Source of the DNA: Candidatus Kuenenia stuttgartensis
GTDB lineage: Bacteria; Planctomycetota; Brocadiia; Brocadiales; Brocadiaceae
Direction: 5' to 3'
NCBI RefSeq assembly: GCF_900232105.1
Contig: NZ_LT934425.1
Span: 810,001 to 842,000, forward strand
Length of the DNA: 32,000 nucleotides
Notes under the pieces: generated by a model
Databases searched by the model: none
Told to the model about the DNA's origin: nothing
What the model saw: the letters and a program-made list of their open reading frames with translations, nothing else
Translations under genes and position numbers: made by a program
Part shown: one piece after another, positions 19,571 to 27,407 of the stretch
How the letters are laid out: the number at the start of each line of letters is the position of its first letter
Numbering within the stretch: the stretch's first letter is position 1

Positions 19571-20008
19571 ATGGATCGTTTTATGCGCACCGCAATAGAA
19601 GAAGCAAAGCAGGGATTGCTGGAAGGAGGCATACCCATCGGTTCCGTTTTGGTAAAGGACGGGGAAATTATTGGCAGGGGACACAATAAGCGCGTGCAGG
19701 AAAACAACCCTATAGCGCACGCGGAAATTGATTGCCTTGTCAATTCAGGAAGGGTAGGGAAATACAGTGGTACAACACTTTATTCCACCCTCATGCCCTG
19801 CTACCTTTGTGCCGGAGCAATTGTACAATTCCGCATAAAAAAAATCGTTGTAGGAGAATCGGAAACCTTTAGCGGCGCAAAAGAATTTATGGAACTGCAT
19901 GGGGTAGAAATCATTGATTTAAACATTGAAGAGTGTAAACAGTTAATGAAAGATTTTATACAAAACAATCCTGAACTGTGGAATGAAGATATCGGAGAGC
20001 TTCAGTAG
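19571..20008 (+). CDS. Nucleoside/cytosine deaminase resembling fungal FCY1-type cytosine deaminase
   Basis: MRTAIEEAKQGLLEGGIPIGSVLVKDGEIIGRGHNKRVQENNPIAHAEIDCL...YSTLMPCYLCAGAIVQFRIKKIVVGESETFSG...MKDFIQNNPELWNEDIGE. Confidence 0.85.
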   Translation: MDRFMRTAIEEAKQGLLEGGIPIGSVLVKDGEIIGRGHNKRVQENNPIAHAEIDCLVNSGRVGKYSGTTLYSTLMPCYLCAGAIVQFRIKKIVVGESETFSGAKEFMELHGVEIIDLNIEECKQLMKDFIQNNPELWNEDIGELQ

Positions 20009-20111
20009 AAACAAATAATATAAAACTGCCGGAGAATCAAATTTCCACTAACACGCTAGATATGGGTGCATTCCCGATTTTTTGTAACCGTTCATGAGGT
20101 TAGGACGAAAC

Positions 20112-20144
20112 AACCCTGACAGGGATTCAAACCCTGTCAGGGTT
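20112..20144. repeat. Perfect 13-bp hairpin AACCCTGACAGGG-(7)-CCCTGTCAGGGTT
   Basis: Read directly from the sequence. Confidence 0.85.
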
Positions 20145-20307
20145 AATATTCTGCAATGTTTCACCGAAACCAGCGGAAGTCACAAAAAATCAGGAATGCC
20201 CTCTGAGGTATCTATGATATCTATTTGGAGCAAGATTAAGGCGATAGGCTGGTTAATGCTTGCACAATTTCACGTGCTATTTACTTTACTTAAAAAACTC
20301 AATAATC

Positions 20308-20458
20308 GTAACGCTTTAGTTTTTTTAAAAATTCTAATAATAGCGCTGTTTACCGCATAGTGTAGGGACGAAACATTTGCCCGTTTGGGTATGAATGCAT
20401 TTATGACAATTTGCAGCAAATACTTCGCCTATATTTTTTCAAAAAACTAAAGTGTTAC
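20308..20458. mobile_element. MITE-like element, copy D, with IS66-like-element ends and near-perfect 8-bp target duplication
   Basis: Ends GTAACGCTTTAGTTTTTTTAAAAA...TTTTTTCAAAAAACTAAAGTGTTAC; flanks CAATAATC (20300-20307) and CTATAATC (20459-20466), 7/8 identical. Confidence 0.85.
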
Positions 20459-20606
20459 CTATAATCATTTTTTTAAAGTGGCAAGTTTATTCGGCAACAA
20501 ATTGTTACCGATCATTGCATAAAAACAATTTTTTCGCATGATTTTGTCCTTTACTTTCTATTACTTGCACTTGTAAATTATCGTAACACTTTAGTTCTTT
20601 GAAAAA

Positions 20607-21977
20607 TTAACAAGCGATGTTATAAGTTAAGCCGGAAGTGGTTTTTGTTAAAAGAGCTTTTTTGGCGTATGCCAGAAGGTTTTCCACGGGGTTGTCTCCT
20701 TGCAATTCTGCAGAGCGAAGCAACGTCATAAGGATAGCCTGGGTATTGGCGCCCTGAACAGAACGATTCTGTTGTGATACCTTTCGGGTCAATACTGGCT
20801 TTCGCATCTGTTGCTCGGCATGATTATTATAGGGACTCACACCTTCATGTTCCAGGAACGTAAAGAGTTCCTGTTTATGGCGCTTCAGGCGTTTGGTCAA
20901 TCTTTGTACGTCTTTATCCTGACAAGGCGTTGCCAAAAACTGTTCAAGCCTGCGATACAATCTTTTTTTTAGCCGAAGAAAGCATACCAGGCTTATCTGG
21001 TTCTTTTTCTCTGATAACCGGATGGCATCCTTGAGCAACCGGGAGAGTTTTTTCCGGAAAGCTTTCCATGCGGCAGAATGGTTGTGGGCATCTACTTTCA
21101 CGAGTTCCGTGAACAGATGATAGAAACACCGCTGCTTTGCCAGTGCGCTTATCTTGTTGTAAGCGCCCAGAAAGTCACAGATCAGGATACCACCAAATAG
21201 AATGCCCAAGAGTTTTTTTATGACAGGAGACCCCCGACTTGGTGTTATGAGATAGTAGCAGAGTTTTTGTGTTGTAAAACACCATAGCCAATGGGTTTTT
21301 CCATTCAACCTCCATCCGGTTTCATCTGCATGTAAGACAGCGCTTGCGGAGACTTTTTGGCCAATCTCGTTATACTGTGGCTCCAGGAGTGTTGCAAGGG
21401 ATTTCCATGCCTGGGTTAGACCGCCGGCGCTTATTTGAAGGTTGAAAAATACGGAAAGCATCTTTACGATGTTGTTTACACTGATACCGATTAAGTAGTG
21501 AAGCCATGCGGTAAAGACAACAAGGCGCAATCCTAGTCGGGCGCCATGCAACGCATCTGTGACCTTGGGTTGAACTATCTTTTTGCAACAAGCACACCAG
21601 TAACCATGAACTGTATGTTCCGTCACAACAGGGTCAAGGCGTGGAATATCTTCGATGTATCGCTTATAAGTTCTTACCGGTTTTTGTAATGGCTGGTGGC
21701 AATCAGGGCAACTCTCCATGGAATGCGTTTGATAGGCAGTTACTGTTTCAGGTCGTTTCCGGCAAACTCCCTTATGTCCCTTTTTCCTGCCACAAGGCCG
21801 TTTTCTCTTTTTCTTTGTGGGCTTTAGATAGGGCGGTATCGAACCGGAAGGGGTAGTCGGACCCGGTTTATCGCAAAGCCGGTCATATTTTTCTGCTTTC
21901 TCCGCCAGTATCAGGATGGCTTGAATCGCATCCTCTCTGTCCATCTCCAAAATAGCTATGGCTTCATCCCTGGTCAC
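20607..21977 (-). CDS. IS66 family transposase
   Basis: N-terminal charged/zinc-ribbon region CPDCHQPLQK...WCACCKK; catalytic LHADETGWRLNGKTHWLW...CDFLGAYNKI; C-terminal NNHAEQQMRKPVLTRKVSQQNRSVQGANTQAILMTLLRSA. GTG at 21977 is preceded by GGAGG; the longer track start (22145) is not needed. Confidence 0.93.
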   Translation of the reverse strand: MTRDEAIAILEMDREDAIQAILILAEKAEKYDRLCDKPGPTTPSGSIPPYLKPTKKKRKRPCGRKKGHKGVCRKRPETVTAYQTHSMESCPDCHQPLQKPVRTYKRYIEDIPRLDPVVTEHTVHGYWCACCKKIVQPKVTDALHGARLGLRLVVFTAWLHYLIGISVNNIVKMLSVFFNLQISAGGLTQAWKSLATLLEPQYNEIGQKVSASAVLHADETGWRLNGKTHWLWCFTTQKLCYYLITPSRGSPVIKKLLGILFGGILICDFLGAYNKISALAKQRCFYHLFTELVKVDAHNHSAAWKAFRKKLSRLLKDAIRLSEKKNQISLVCFLRLKKRLYRRLEQFLATPCQDKDVQRLTKRLKRHKQELFTFLEHEGVSPYNNHAEQQMRKPVLTRKVSQQNRSVQGANTQAILMTLLRSAELQGDNPVENLLAYAKKALLTKTTSGLTYNIAC

Positions 21978-22846
21978 AGTCAAGAAACCTCCGAAAGTTT
22001 TTTTGAAGAGGGTAGAGGTAGAGATCCTTAGGTTGGCCATGATACAGATAGCGATTGCCCCGTTTTGCGCTCCCTTTGGTTTTGCCAGCACGAATCCAAT
22101 TGGCCGCCTGATAGCAGGTACCCTTAAACCGCGCGGTATCAACAAAGGTTTTCGGCTAAATAAACGGGATGGCCGTAAACGGTATTCCAGTCATCTGACA
22201 GACGTCTGAGGGCAAGTGACAATACCTTGGATGCAAGGTGTTTGATCTTAACCCATGGTAGAATGAGAAATCGTACGTTATTTGCAATCAAATGTAAGTG
22301 TGTACGTTTAGTCGTCTCATCCCATTCAATGAAACGATCACGGTCTTTGACTTTCCATGCGGCGCTTGCCCACCCCAGGCAGGCAACAACCTGATTGCCT
22401 ATACGTACGATGTGTCTGAGGTGTTCGCCAACAAGCCGGGGATTGCCGAGGTAGTGATAGTGTTGGAAGAGATACTCCCAGAGATATCTTTCCTGAGGGT
22501 CTTTTACCACATGGATTGTCAGGTTTTCATACTCTGTGATTTTACCTTCTAGTGGTCTCCTGACGAAAAGGGGTGTCTGGACAAAGACCTTGGGTTTCAG
22601 ATTGTTTTTGGCCCGTATACGTGGAGGAAGCGTTATCAATCCCTGTTCTTCTAATCTCAAAAGGAGGTCTCGTGCTGCGTATTCTTTATGTTTGCCATTG
22701 GGCTGCACCCAGTTCCAATGCTTGCATAGTTCGCAGGAAATATAAGTCCGACCTCTGAGAAAATGCTGCTCGATGAGCGCCTTTATAAAGGCGATATCGT
22801 CCGCATGCAGTTTTCGTGAACGGTATTGGAATATGATAGGCTTCAT
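21964..22846 (-). pseudogene. DruA/DUF4338-family protein, one apparent +1 frameshift in the 22149..22152 homopolymer
   Basis: 22139..22846 encodes ...YHYLGNPRLVGEHLRHIVRIGNQVVACLGWASAAWKVKDRDRFIEWDETTKRTHLHLIANNVRFLILPWVKIKHLASKVLSLALRRLSDDWNTVYGHPVYLAE. The adjacent frame continues TFVDTARFKGTCYQAANWIRAGKTKGSAKRGNRYLYHGQPKDLYLYPL...DCDQG* to 21964. Total 883 nt = 3n+1. Confidence 0.85.
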
Positions 22847-22935
22847 AAACTGTTTCCCTTTATCCCATGTTCCGGAAAGAAATTACTAAAGTCAAATTTG
22901 GCAAACACTTATAAACATTGATTCTGCGACTACAT

Positions 22936-24841
22936 GTCTTTTGGAAGTCTTTTAATTACTGGCCGAAAACAACATTGGACATTCCAAGTTTTTCCAATAG
23001 CATTTGTGTGACGGCGGGAAGTTTCACGGCTTTCTTTAAGGTTTCACCGGTATTTTTAGCCTCAAGAGTGGCGATATCTATATCTTTGAACGGCGCATAG
23101 AGTTCCTTTGAGTTTAAAAAATCTTTTTCTCCTATTGCCTTTCGTTGGTTTGATAGATAACGGTTTATAAAATATGCCAGGATGCAGATAGTATAGACGG
23201 CTTTAACATGTGCCTCGGTATTGACAAAGAAGGGCCTGATTTTTAAGAACGATTTTACATTTTTAAAGACATCTTCTATTTTTGTCTTGTCCCGATAGGC
23301 TCTAACTATAGATTGGGGTTTTGCTTTAAACGCACCTCCATCTTCCCGTTCTGTATGGTTAGTGATAAAAACACATACGCCATCCAACAATCTATCTGCG
23401 GCTATAACATCAGTTAACAGCTTGATTTCTATTTTGAAACTTTTGACGGATTTGACCTGCCCGTTTTTCAGTCTATGGGTAACGGTGATGGACGTCAGAA
23501 CAGGGTCTTCGAAATATTTATGAATCTTTAACCTTTTCAGCTCATCTACAATGCGGCTCTTTGTTGCGTCATATTGCCGGTCTCTTTGGGCATTTTTAAG
23601 GTTTTTATTCTCTTCTTTGAGATAATCCTTAAAAAAGGTTATTTTCTCGTCTCTATTATTGCGGTCTTCTATAAATAAAGTGGGATTAAAACCGGTAATA
23701 AAACGCTTGTTTCCTATGACGCCATTGTCATGGTAGTATAATTCATCATCATAGTTTAAAAACCCTTGCGGGATAGGTATATCGGAGGCGTCCTTATCTT
23801 CTATGGATAACCCATTAAGAGACTTTAAACTGACACCGCAAGAGGGTATCTGATTTCTATCCAATGCCGAGATGTATTTGAGTTTGGCTTCTTCTATCAA
23901 ATTGGCATTGTCCTCAGAGATTATGCCTCTGTCAAATACAAGGGTGACGTTTTTATCAGTCAATTTGAATCTGGTTTTACAGGCATTGATATTCTGTTTG
24001 AGGGTTTTTACCTCAGCGGTGTTCCCGGGGAATACATCCCATTTGAAAGGATATCCCTCAGAGTTGATAAGAACACCCAGTAAGACCTGCCGCCTGCCAT
24101 GACACTCTATTTTGCCCTTGCCAAATGCCGATAGATCACAGTTATATCCCACAAAGTAGGAAGTAGTTAGGTCGTAGTTGATAAATTTATAGGATTCCGG
24201 ACGTTTCCAGAAGGTTTGGTTAAAAAGGTGGTTCTCTATAGATATTTTGTTTTTGTGTATTTTATCTAATTCATAATAGATTTTATCGTCATTTAGGCCT
24301 GAAAGATCAATTTTAAGAATGTCCTCCAGCGCGCTCTTTTTCGCCCAATGAGGAATGGAATAATGAGAACACGGATCGGTGCACCTGTTAATAGTCAGTA
24401 TCTTTGCAATCATATTGGTAGGAAGGGCGCCTGCAGTGACATCGTAGTCAAAAGCCTGATCAAGCTGCCACTGGTTCCACAACTCATTAACAACGGCTAT
24501 ATCGAGATATGCCCTGCTTTCCAGGACTGCAACGTCTTTGAGCTGAGTCTGCAATTGATCTGTGTTTTCAACTGTTTTACATATCAGTTTGATTTGCTCG
24601 GCTTGAATATCGGAAAGTTTCCCGATGGGCCAAAGTATTCTTTTTCTGACCTTTTTGCCATCCCTGTAGGATTCGGCAATAGAGTAAGATTTATAGGTTT
24701 TCCCTTTGTATTTAGAATCGCTATAAGTAAGGTGCATAATGTAGTCCCAATATTCTTTGACTACACTATCATTAATAAAATATTTTGTCAAGTCAGTATT
24801 TATAGGGTTATAAAGGATTTGTATTAATAAATAGGCCATTT
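22936..24841 (-). mobile_element. IS1634 (IS4 superfamily) insertion sequence nested in the IS66-family element
   Basis: Region between the 15-bp direct repeats, almost completely filled by the transposase ORF; element termini not independently resolved. Confidence 0.7.
22956..24839 (-). CDS. IS1634 family transposase (DDE, IS4-like)
   Basis: YKSYSIAESYRDGKKVRKRILWPIGKL...NVTLVFDRGIISEDN...GFLNYDDELYYHDNG...DGVCVFITNHT...VRAYRDKTKIEDVFKNVKSFLKIRPFFVNTEAHVKAVYTICILAYFINRYL. The true start may be downstream of the listed ATG. Confidence 0.9.
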   Translation of the reverse strand: MAYLLIQILYNPINTDLTKYFINDSVVKEYWDYIMHLTYSDSKYKGKTYKSYSIAESYRDGKKVRKRILWPIGKLSDIQAEQIKLICKTVENTDQLQTQLKDVAVLESRAYLDIAVVNELWNQWQLDQAFDYDVTAGALPTNMIAKILTINRCTDPCSHYSIPHWAKKSALEDILKIDLSGLNDDKIYYELDKIHKNKISIENHLFNQTFWKRPESYKFINYDLTTSYFVGYNCDLSAFGKGKIECHGRRQVLLGVLINSEGYPFKWDVFPGNTAEVKTLKQNINACKTRFKLTDKNVTLVFDRGIISEDNANLIEEAKLKYISALDRNQIPSCGVSLKSLNGLSIEDKDASDIPIPQGFLNYDDELYYHDNGVIGNKRFITGFNPTLFIEDRNNRDEKITFFKDYLKEENKNLKNAQRDRQYDATKSRIVDELKRLKIHKYFEDPVLTSITVTHRLKNGQVKSVKSFKIEIKLLTDVIAADRLLDGVCVFITNHTEREDGGAFKAKPQSIVRAYRDKTKIEDVFKNVKSFLKIRPFFVNTEAHVKAVYTICILAYFINRYLSNQRKAIGEKDFLNSKELYAPFKDIDIATLEAKNTGETLKKAVKLPAVTQMLLEKLGMSNVVFGQ

Positions 24842-25044
24842 ATTCTGCGACTACATATTATTTTGAATTTGTGGAAACCCGCTTAAAATAAGGATTTTGT
24901 TGAAATCTTTCCGGAAAGGGGGCTTTATTGAAGCCTTTTATACCACAAAGGAAAAACAGACGCCAGCTTTTTTTACCTTTTTTCGCTATTAATTTTTCAA
25001 AGAACTAAAGTGTTACAAATTATCGCATATTTGAAGGAATAATT

Positions 25045-25908
25045 TTGAATAAACATCTCCTTAATATTCCAATTGTTTATAAGTACGGAACAAAGTGGTC
25101 GGCTTTTCTACCTGCATTACCTTTATATTTATTGGGCAGATACATAGCAGATTTAAGCTATTTGTTTTGCAGGTCGGCAAGAACTAACGTGAAAAAAAAT
25201 CTTCGGCTGGTATTTCCCGATATTTCACAAAAAAAACTCTCCTTCATTGCAAAAAATCTTTTTAGAAACTACAGTAGATATTTGATAGATTATTGTAGAT
25301 TTACAAATCTAAATAAACGCTCCATTCTTGATCAAATCACTTATTATGAAGGAAAGCAAAACCTTGAACTTGCATTGCAGATGAATAAAGGTTTACTATT
25401 GCTTACCGCACACCTTGGTAATTGGGAACTGGGTGGTATTTTCTTTGGCAGTTATGGGATAAAGACAAATGTGTTAACGTTGCCTGACGAAAATCCTGAA
25501 ATCGGAAATATTCGCTCATGGTATAGAGAGATATTTAACGTTAAAACCATAACGATTGATAAATCTCCATTTTCTTCAATAGAAATGGTGAAAGCTCTCA
25601 GTAATAATGAATTAATTGCCATGTTAATTGACCGCTATGATGAGAAAACAGATGGTATAATCGTGGATTTTTTTAAGAAACCAACACAATTCCCGAGAGG
25701 GCCATTAATTTTAAGCAGACTAACAGGCGCTCCAATTGTTGTCGCATTTGTTGTGAAAGAAAAAAACACATATACGGGAGTGATTAAAGGGCCTTTCATT
25801 GTTACACATGAAAAAGAAGAATATGAGACAATGAAAAATATCGTAAATATACTTGAAGAATATATAAATATGTATCCTGACCAGTGGTATAATTTTACCC
25901 AGGTTTAA
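25045..25908 (+). CDS. LpxL/HtrB-family lysophospholipid (lipid A) acyltransferase
   Basis: NVKKNLRLVFPD...LLLLTAHLGNWELGGIFFGSYG...DRYDEKTDGIIVDFFKKPTQFPRGPLILSRLTGAPIV; TTG start with GAAGGAAT upstream. Confidence 0.9.
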   Translation: MNKHLLNIPIVYKYGTKWSAFLPALPLYLLGRYIADLSYLFCRSARTNVKKNLRLVFPDISQKKLSFIAKNLFRNYSRYLIDYCRFTNLNKRSILDQITYYEGKQNLELALQMNKGLLLLTAHLGNWELGGIFFGSYGIKTNVLTLPDENPEIGNIRSWYREIFNVKTITIDKSPFSSIEMVKALSNNELIAMLIDRYDEKTDGIIVDFFKKPTQFPRGPLILSRLTGAPIVVAFVVKEKNTYTGVIKGPFIVTHEKEEYETMKNIVNILEEYINMYPDQWYNFTQV

Positions 25909-26040
25909 ACGGTTAATTTTTTTGATACTGTTGCTCAGTTTATGGTTGAGAGCAGAACGCTGTCTGGGTTCAGTCCATCCATTTTTCATATTGTAAATCC
26001 ATTTTCGCTACCCTATATTTGGTTATCCTGGAGAAAGAAT

Positions 26041-26775
26041 ATGCTGGTTATAAAAAATATTTCTGTATGCTTTTTTCTTGCAATATTATCTATCGGGTTT
26101 GTTTTTATTATCCCTGGTAATGTATCATGCGAAACTTTACCGAGTGAATCTTCTGAAACCAACCATAACGTATTTGAAAGGTTTTTAGAGCTCACACAGA
26201 ACAATCATTCAATAATTGCCAAGATACATCAAGAGAAGCATCTCTCATTATTGGGGAAAAAAGTACACATTTACGGGACTCTAACCATGAAAAAGCCTAA
26301 TATGCTGCGGTGGGATATAAACAAACCGGACAAATCCATCATTGCCATTGACGGTAAGGATATGATTGTATACCATCCTGAAGCAAAAGAAGCTCAAATA
26401 TATAGCGTCTCTGGTAATTTTACGGCACGCAATACTATGCGTTTTTTTTCGGAAATTCTATCCGGATCGTTGGAAGAAATGGAAAAAAAGTTTACCCTGG
26501 AGATTTCTCGTGAAGAAGATGGGATTTCCTTTCATTTAACGCCAAAATCCAAGATGGCAAGACGATATTTGTCCCATATTGTTATTCATTATGATAAAGA
26601 TTCAAGTATTCCGTCGGGTATTGGAATGTTTACCCCTAAGGGGGACAAGATAATTACAAGATTATCAGAGGTGAAAATTAATCCAGAGATTAGTGCTGAC
26701 ATCTTTACCATAAAATTACCCGCTGATGTTTTGATAACAAACCGAAGAGACACACATGATGGTTTAGTTGAATAA
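26041..26775 (+). CDS. LolA-like outer membrane lipoprotein carrier/sorting protein
   Basis: Signal peptide; VHIYGTLTMKKPNMLRWDINKPDKSIIAIDGKDMIVYHPEAKEAQIYSV typical of LolA-like proteins. Start at ATG 26041. Confidence 0.8.
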   Translation: MLVIKNISVCFFLAILSIGFVFIIPGNVSCETLPSESSETNHNVFERFLELTQNNHSIIAKIHQEKHLSLLGKKVHIYGTLTMKKPNMLRWDINKPDKSIIAIDGKDMIVYHPEAKEAQIYSVSGNFTARNTMRFFSEILSGSLEEMEKKFTLEISREEDGISFHLTPKSKMARRYLSHIVIHYDKDSSIPSGIGMFTPKGDKIITRLSEVKINPEISADIFTIKLPADVLITNRRDTHDGLVE

Positions 26776-27407
26776 TGGTGACAATAATTAAAATTGTATC
26801 TTTTATCGCCTTATCCTTTTTGTGTGCTTATTTGTATCCATATCTCAATCCTACCAATATTGCAGCGTTTATTGAAAAAAACAAGTTGTCGGTCCCTCTG
26901 GTCTTTATTTTGATAACCTCCGTAAGACCAGTTCTTTTTTTTCTTCCGTCAATGGGTTTGACAATAGTAGCGGGTATATTATTCGGGAAGTATTGGGGAA
27001 CGGCCTATGTGGTGCTAGGCGGTGCACTTTCAACAGTGGTGGGTTATTATTTTGCTCAGTGGTTTGGCAGAAACACGGCTAAAAAACTAATTAAGAAAAA
27101 CAGTTATCTTCTGTTCCTAGAAAAAAAATCGACAAACAATGGGAAGAATATGGTGCTTTACATGAGGCTATTTAATCTGCCCTGGGACCTGGTAAGTTAT
27201 TGGGCGGGAGTTTCCGGTATTAATTTTAAGGATTTTTATATAGCAAGCATGATTCCTATTGTACCGATTAGTTTTTTATATACCTATTTTGGGAGTACGG
27301 TCTTTAATCCCACATGCGCCGGGTTCTTCATAGCTTTAACTATCATGTTTGCATTAGGTGCTATTCCGTTTGTAAGGGCAAAACTTAAGGGGAATAGTTA
27401 TGTCTGA
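26775..27407 (+). CDS. TVP38/TMEM64 (SNARE-associated/DedA-like) membrane protein
   Basis: RPVLFFLPSMGLTIVAGILFGKYWGTAYVVLGGALSTVVGYYFAQWFGR...PWDLVSYWAGVSGINFKDFYIASMIPIVPISFLYTYFG. Confidence 0.88.
   Translation: MVTIIKIVSFIALSFLCAYLYPYLNPTNIAAFIEKNKLSVPLVFILITSVRPVLFFLPSMGLTIVAGILFGKYWGTAYVVLGGALSTVVGYYFAQWFGRNTAKKLIKKNSYLLFLEKKSTNNGKNMVLYMRLFNLPWDLVSYWAGVSGINFKDFYIASMIPIVPISFLYTYFGSTVFNPTCAGFFIALTIMFALGAIPFVRAKLKGNSYV

Larger units (their letters stand above)
22921..24856. repeat. 15-bp direct repeat ATTCTGCGACTACAT flanking the IS1634-type transposase (22921..22935 and 24842..24856)
   Basis: Identical 15-mers on each side of the transposase ORF, same orientation. Confidence 0.85.
20583..25016 (-). 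mobile_element. IS66-family element carrying a DruA/DUF4338 gene, with a nested IS1634-type element
   Basis: Perfect 28-bp TIR GTAACACTTTAGTTCTTTGAAAAATTAA (20583..20610) / TTAATTTTTCAAAGAACTAAAGTGTTAC (24989..25016), flanked by an 8-bp TSD as expected for IS66-family transposition. Confidence 0.95.
20575..25024. repeat. 8-bp target-site duplication AAATTATC (20575..20582 and 25017..25024)
   Basis: Identical octamers immediately outside the 28-bp inverted repeats. Confidence 0.93.

Noticed and set aside
20607-22145. Track start of the IS66 transposase at 22145 (MLIPRGLRVPAIRRP...)
   Set aside because: The first 56 residues are out-of-frame DUF4338 coding sequence; a GGAGG-preceded GTG at 21977 gives a better start matching IS66 N-termini.
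21964-22846. Calling the locus a Druantia defence system
   Set aside because: Only a DruA-family protein is present; no druB/C/D/E or large helicase gene nearby, and the gene lies within an IS66-family element.
22870-24918. TTCCGGAAAG (22870) and CTTTCCGGAA (24907) as IS1634 terminal inverted repeats
   Set aside because: The motif is self-complementary and short, and it lies outside the 15-bp direct repeats; probably coincidental or part of the host IS66-family element.
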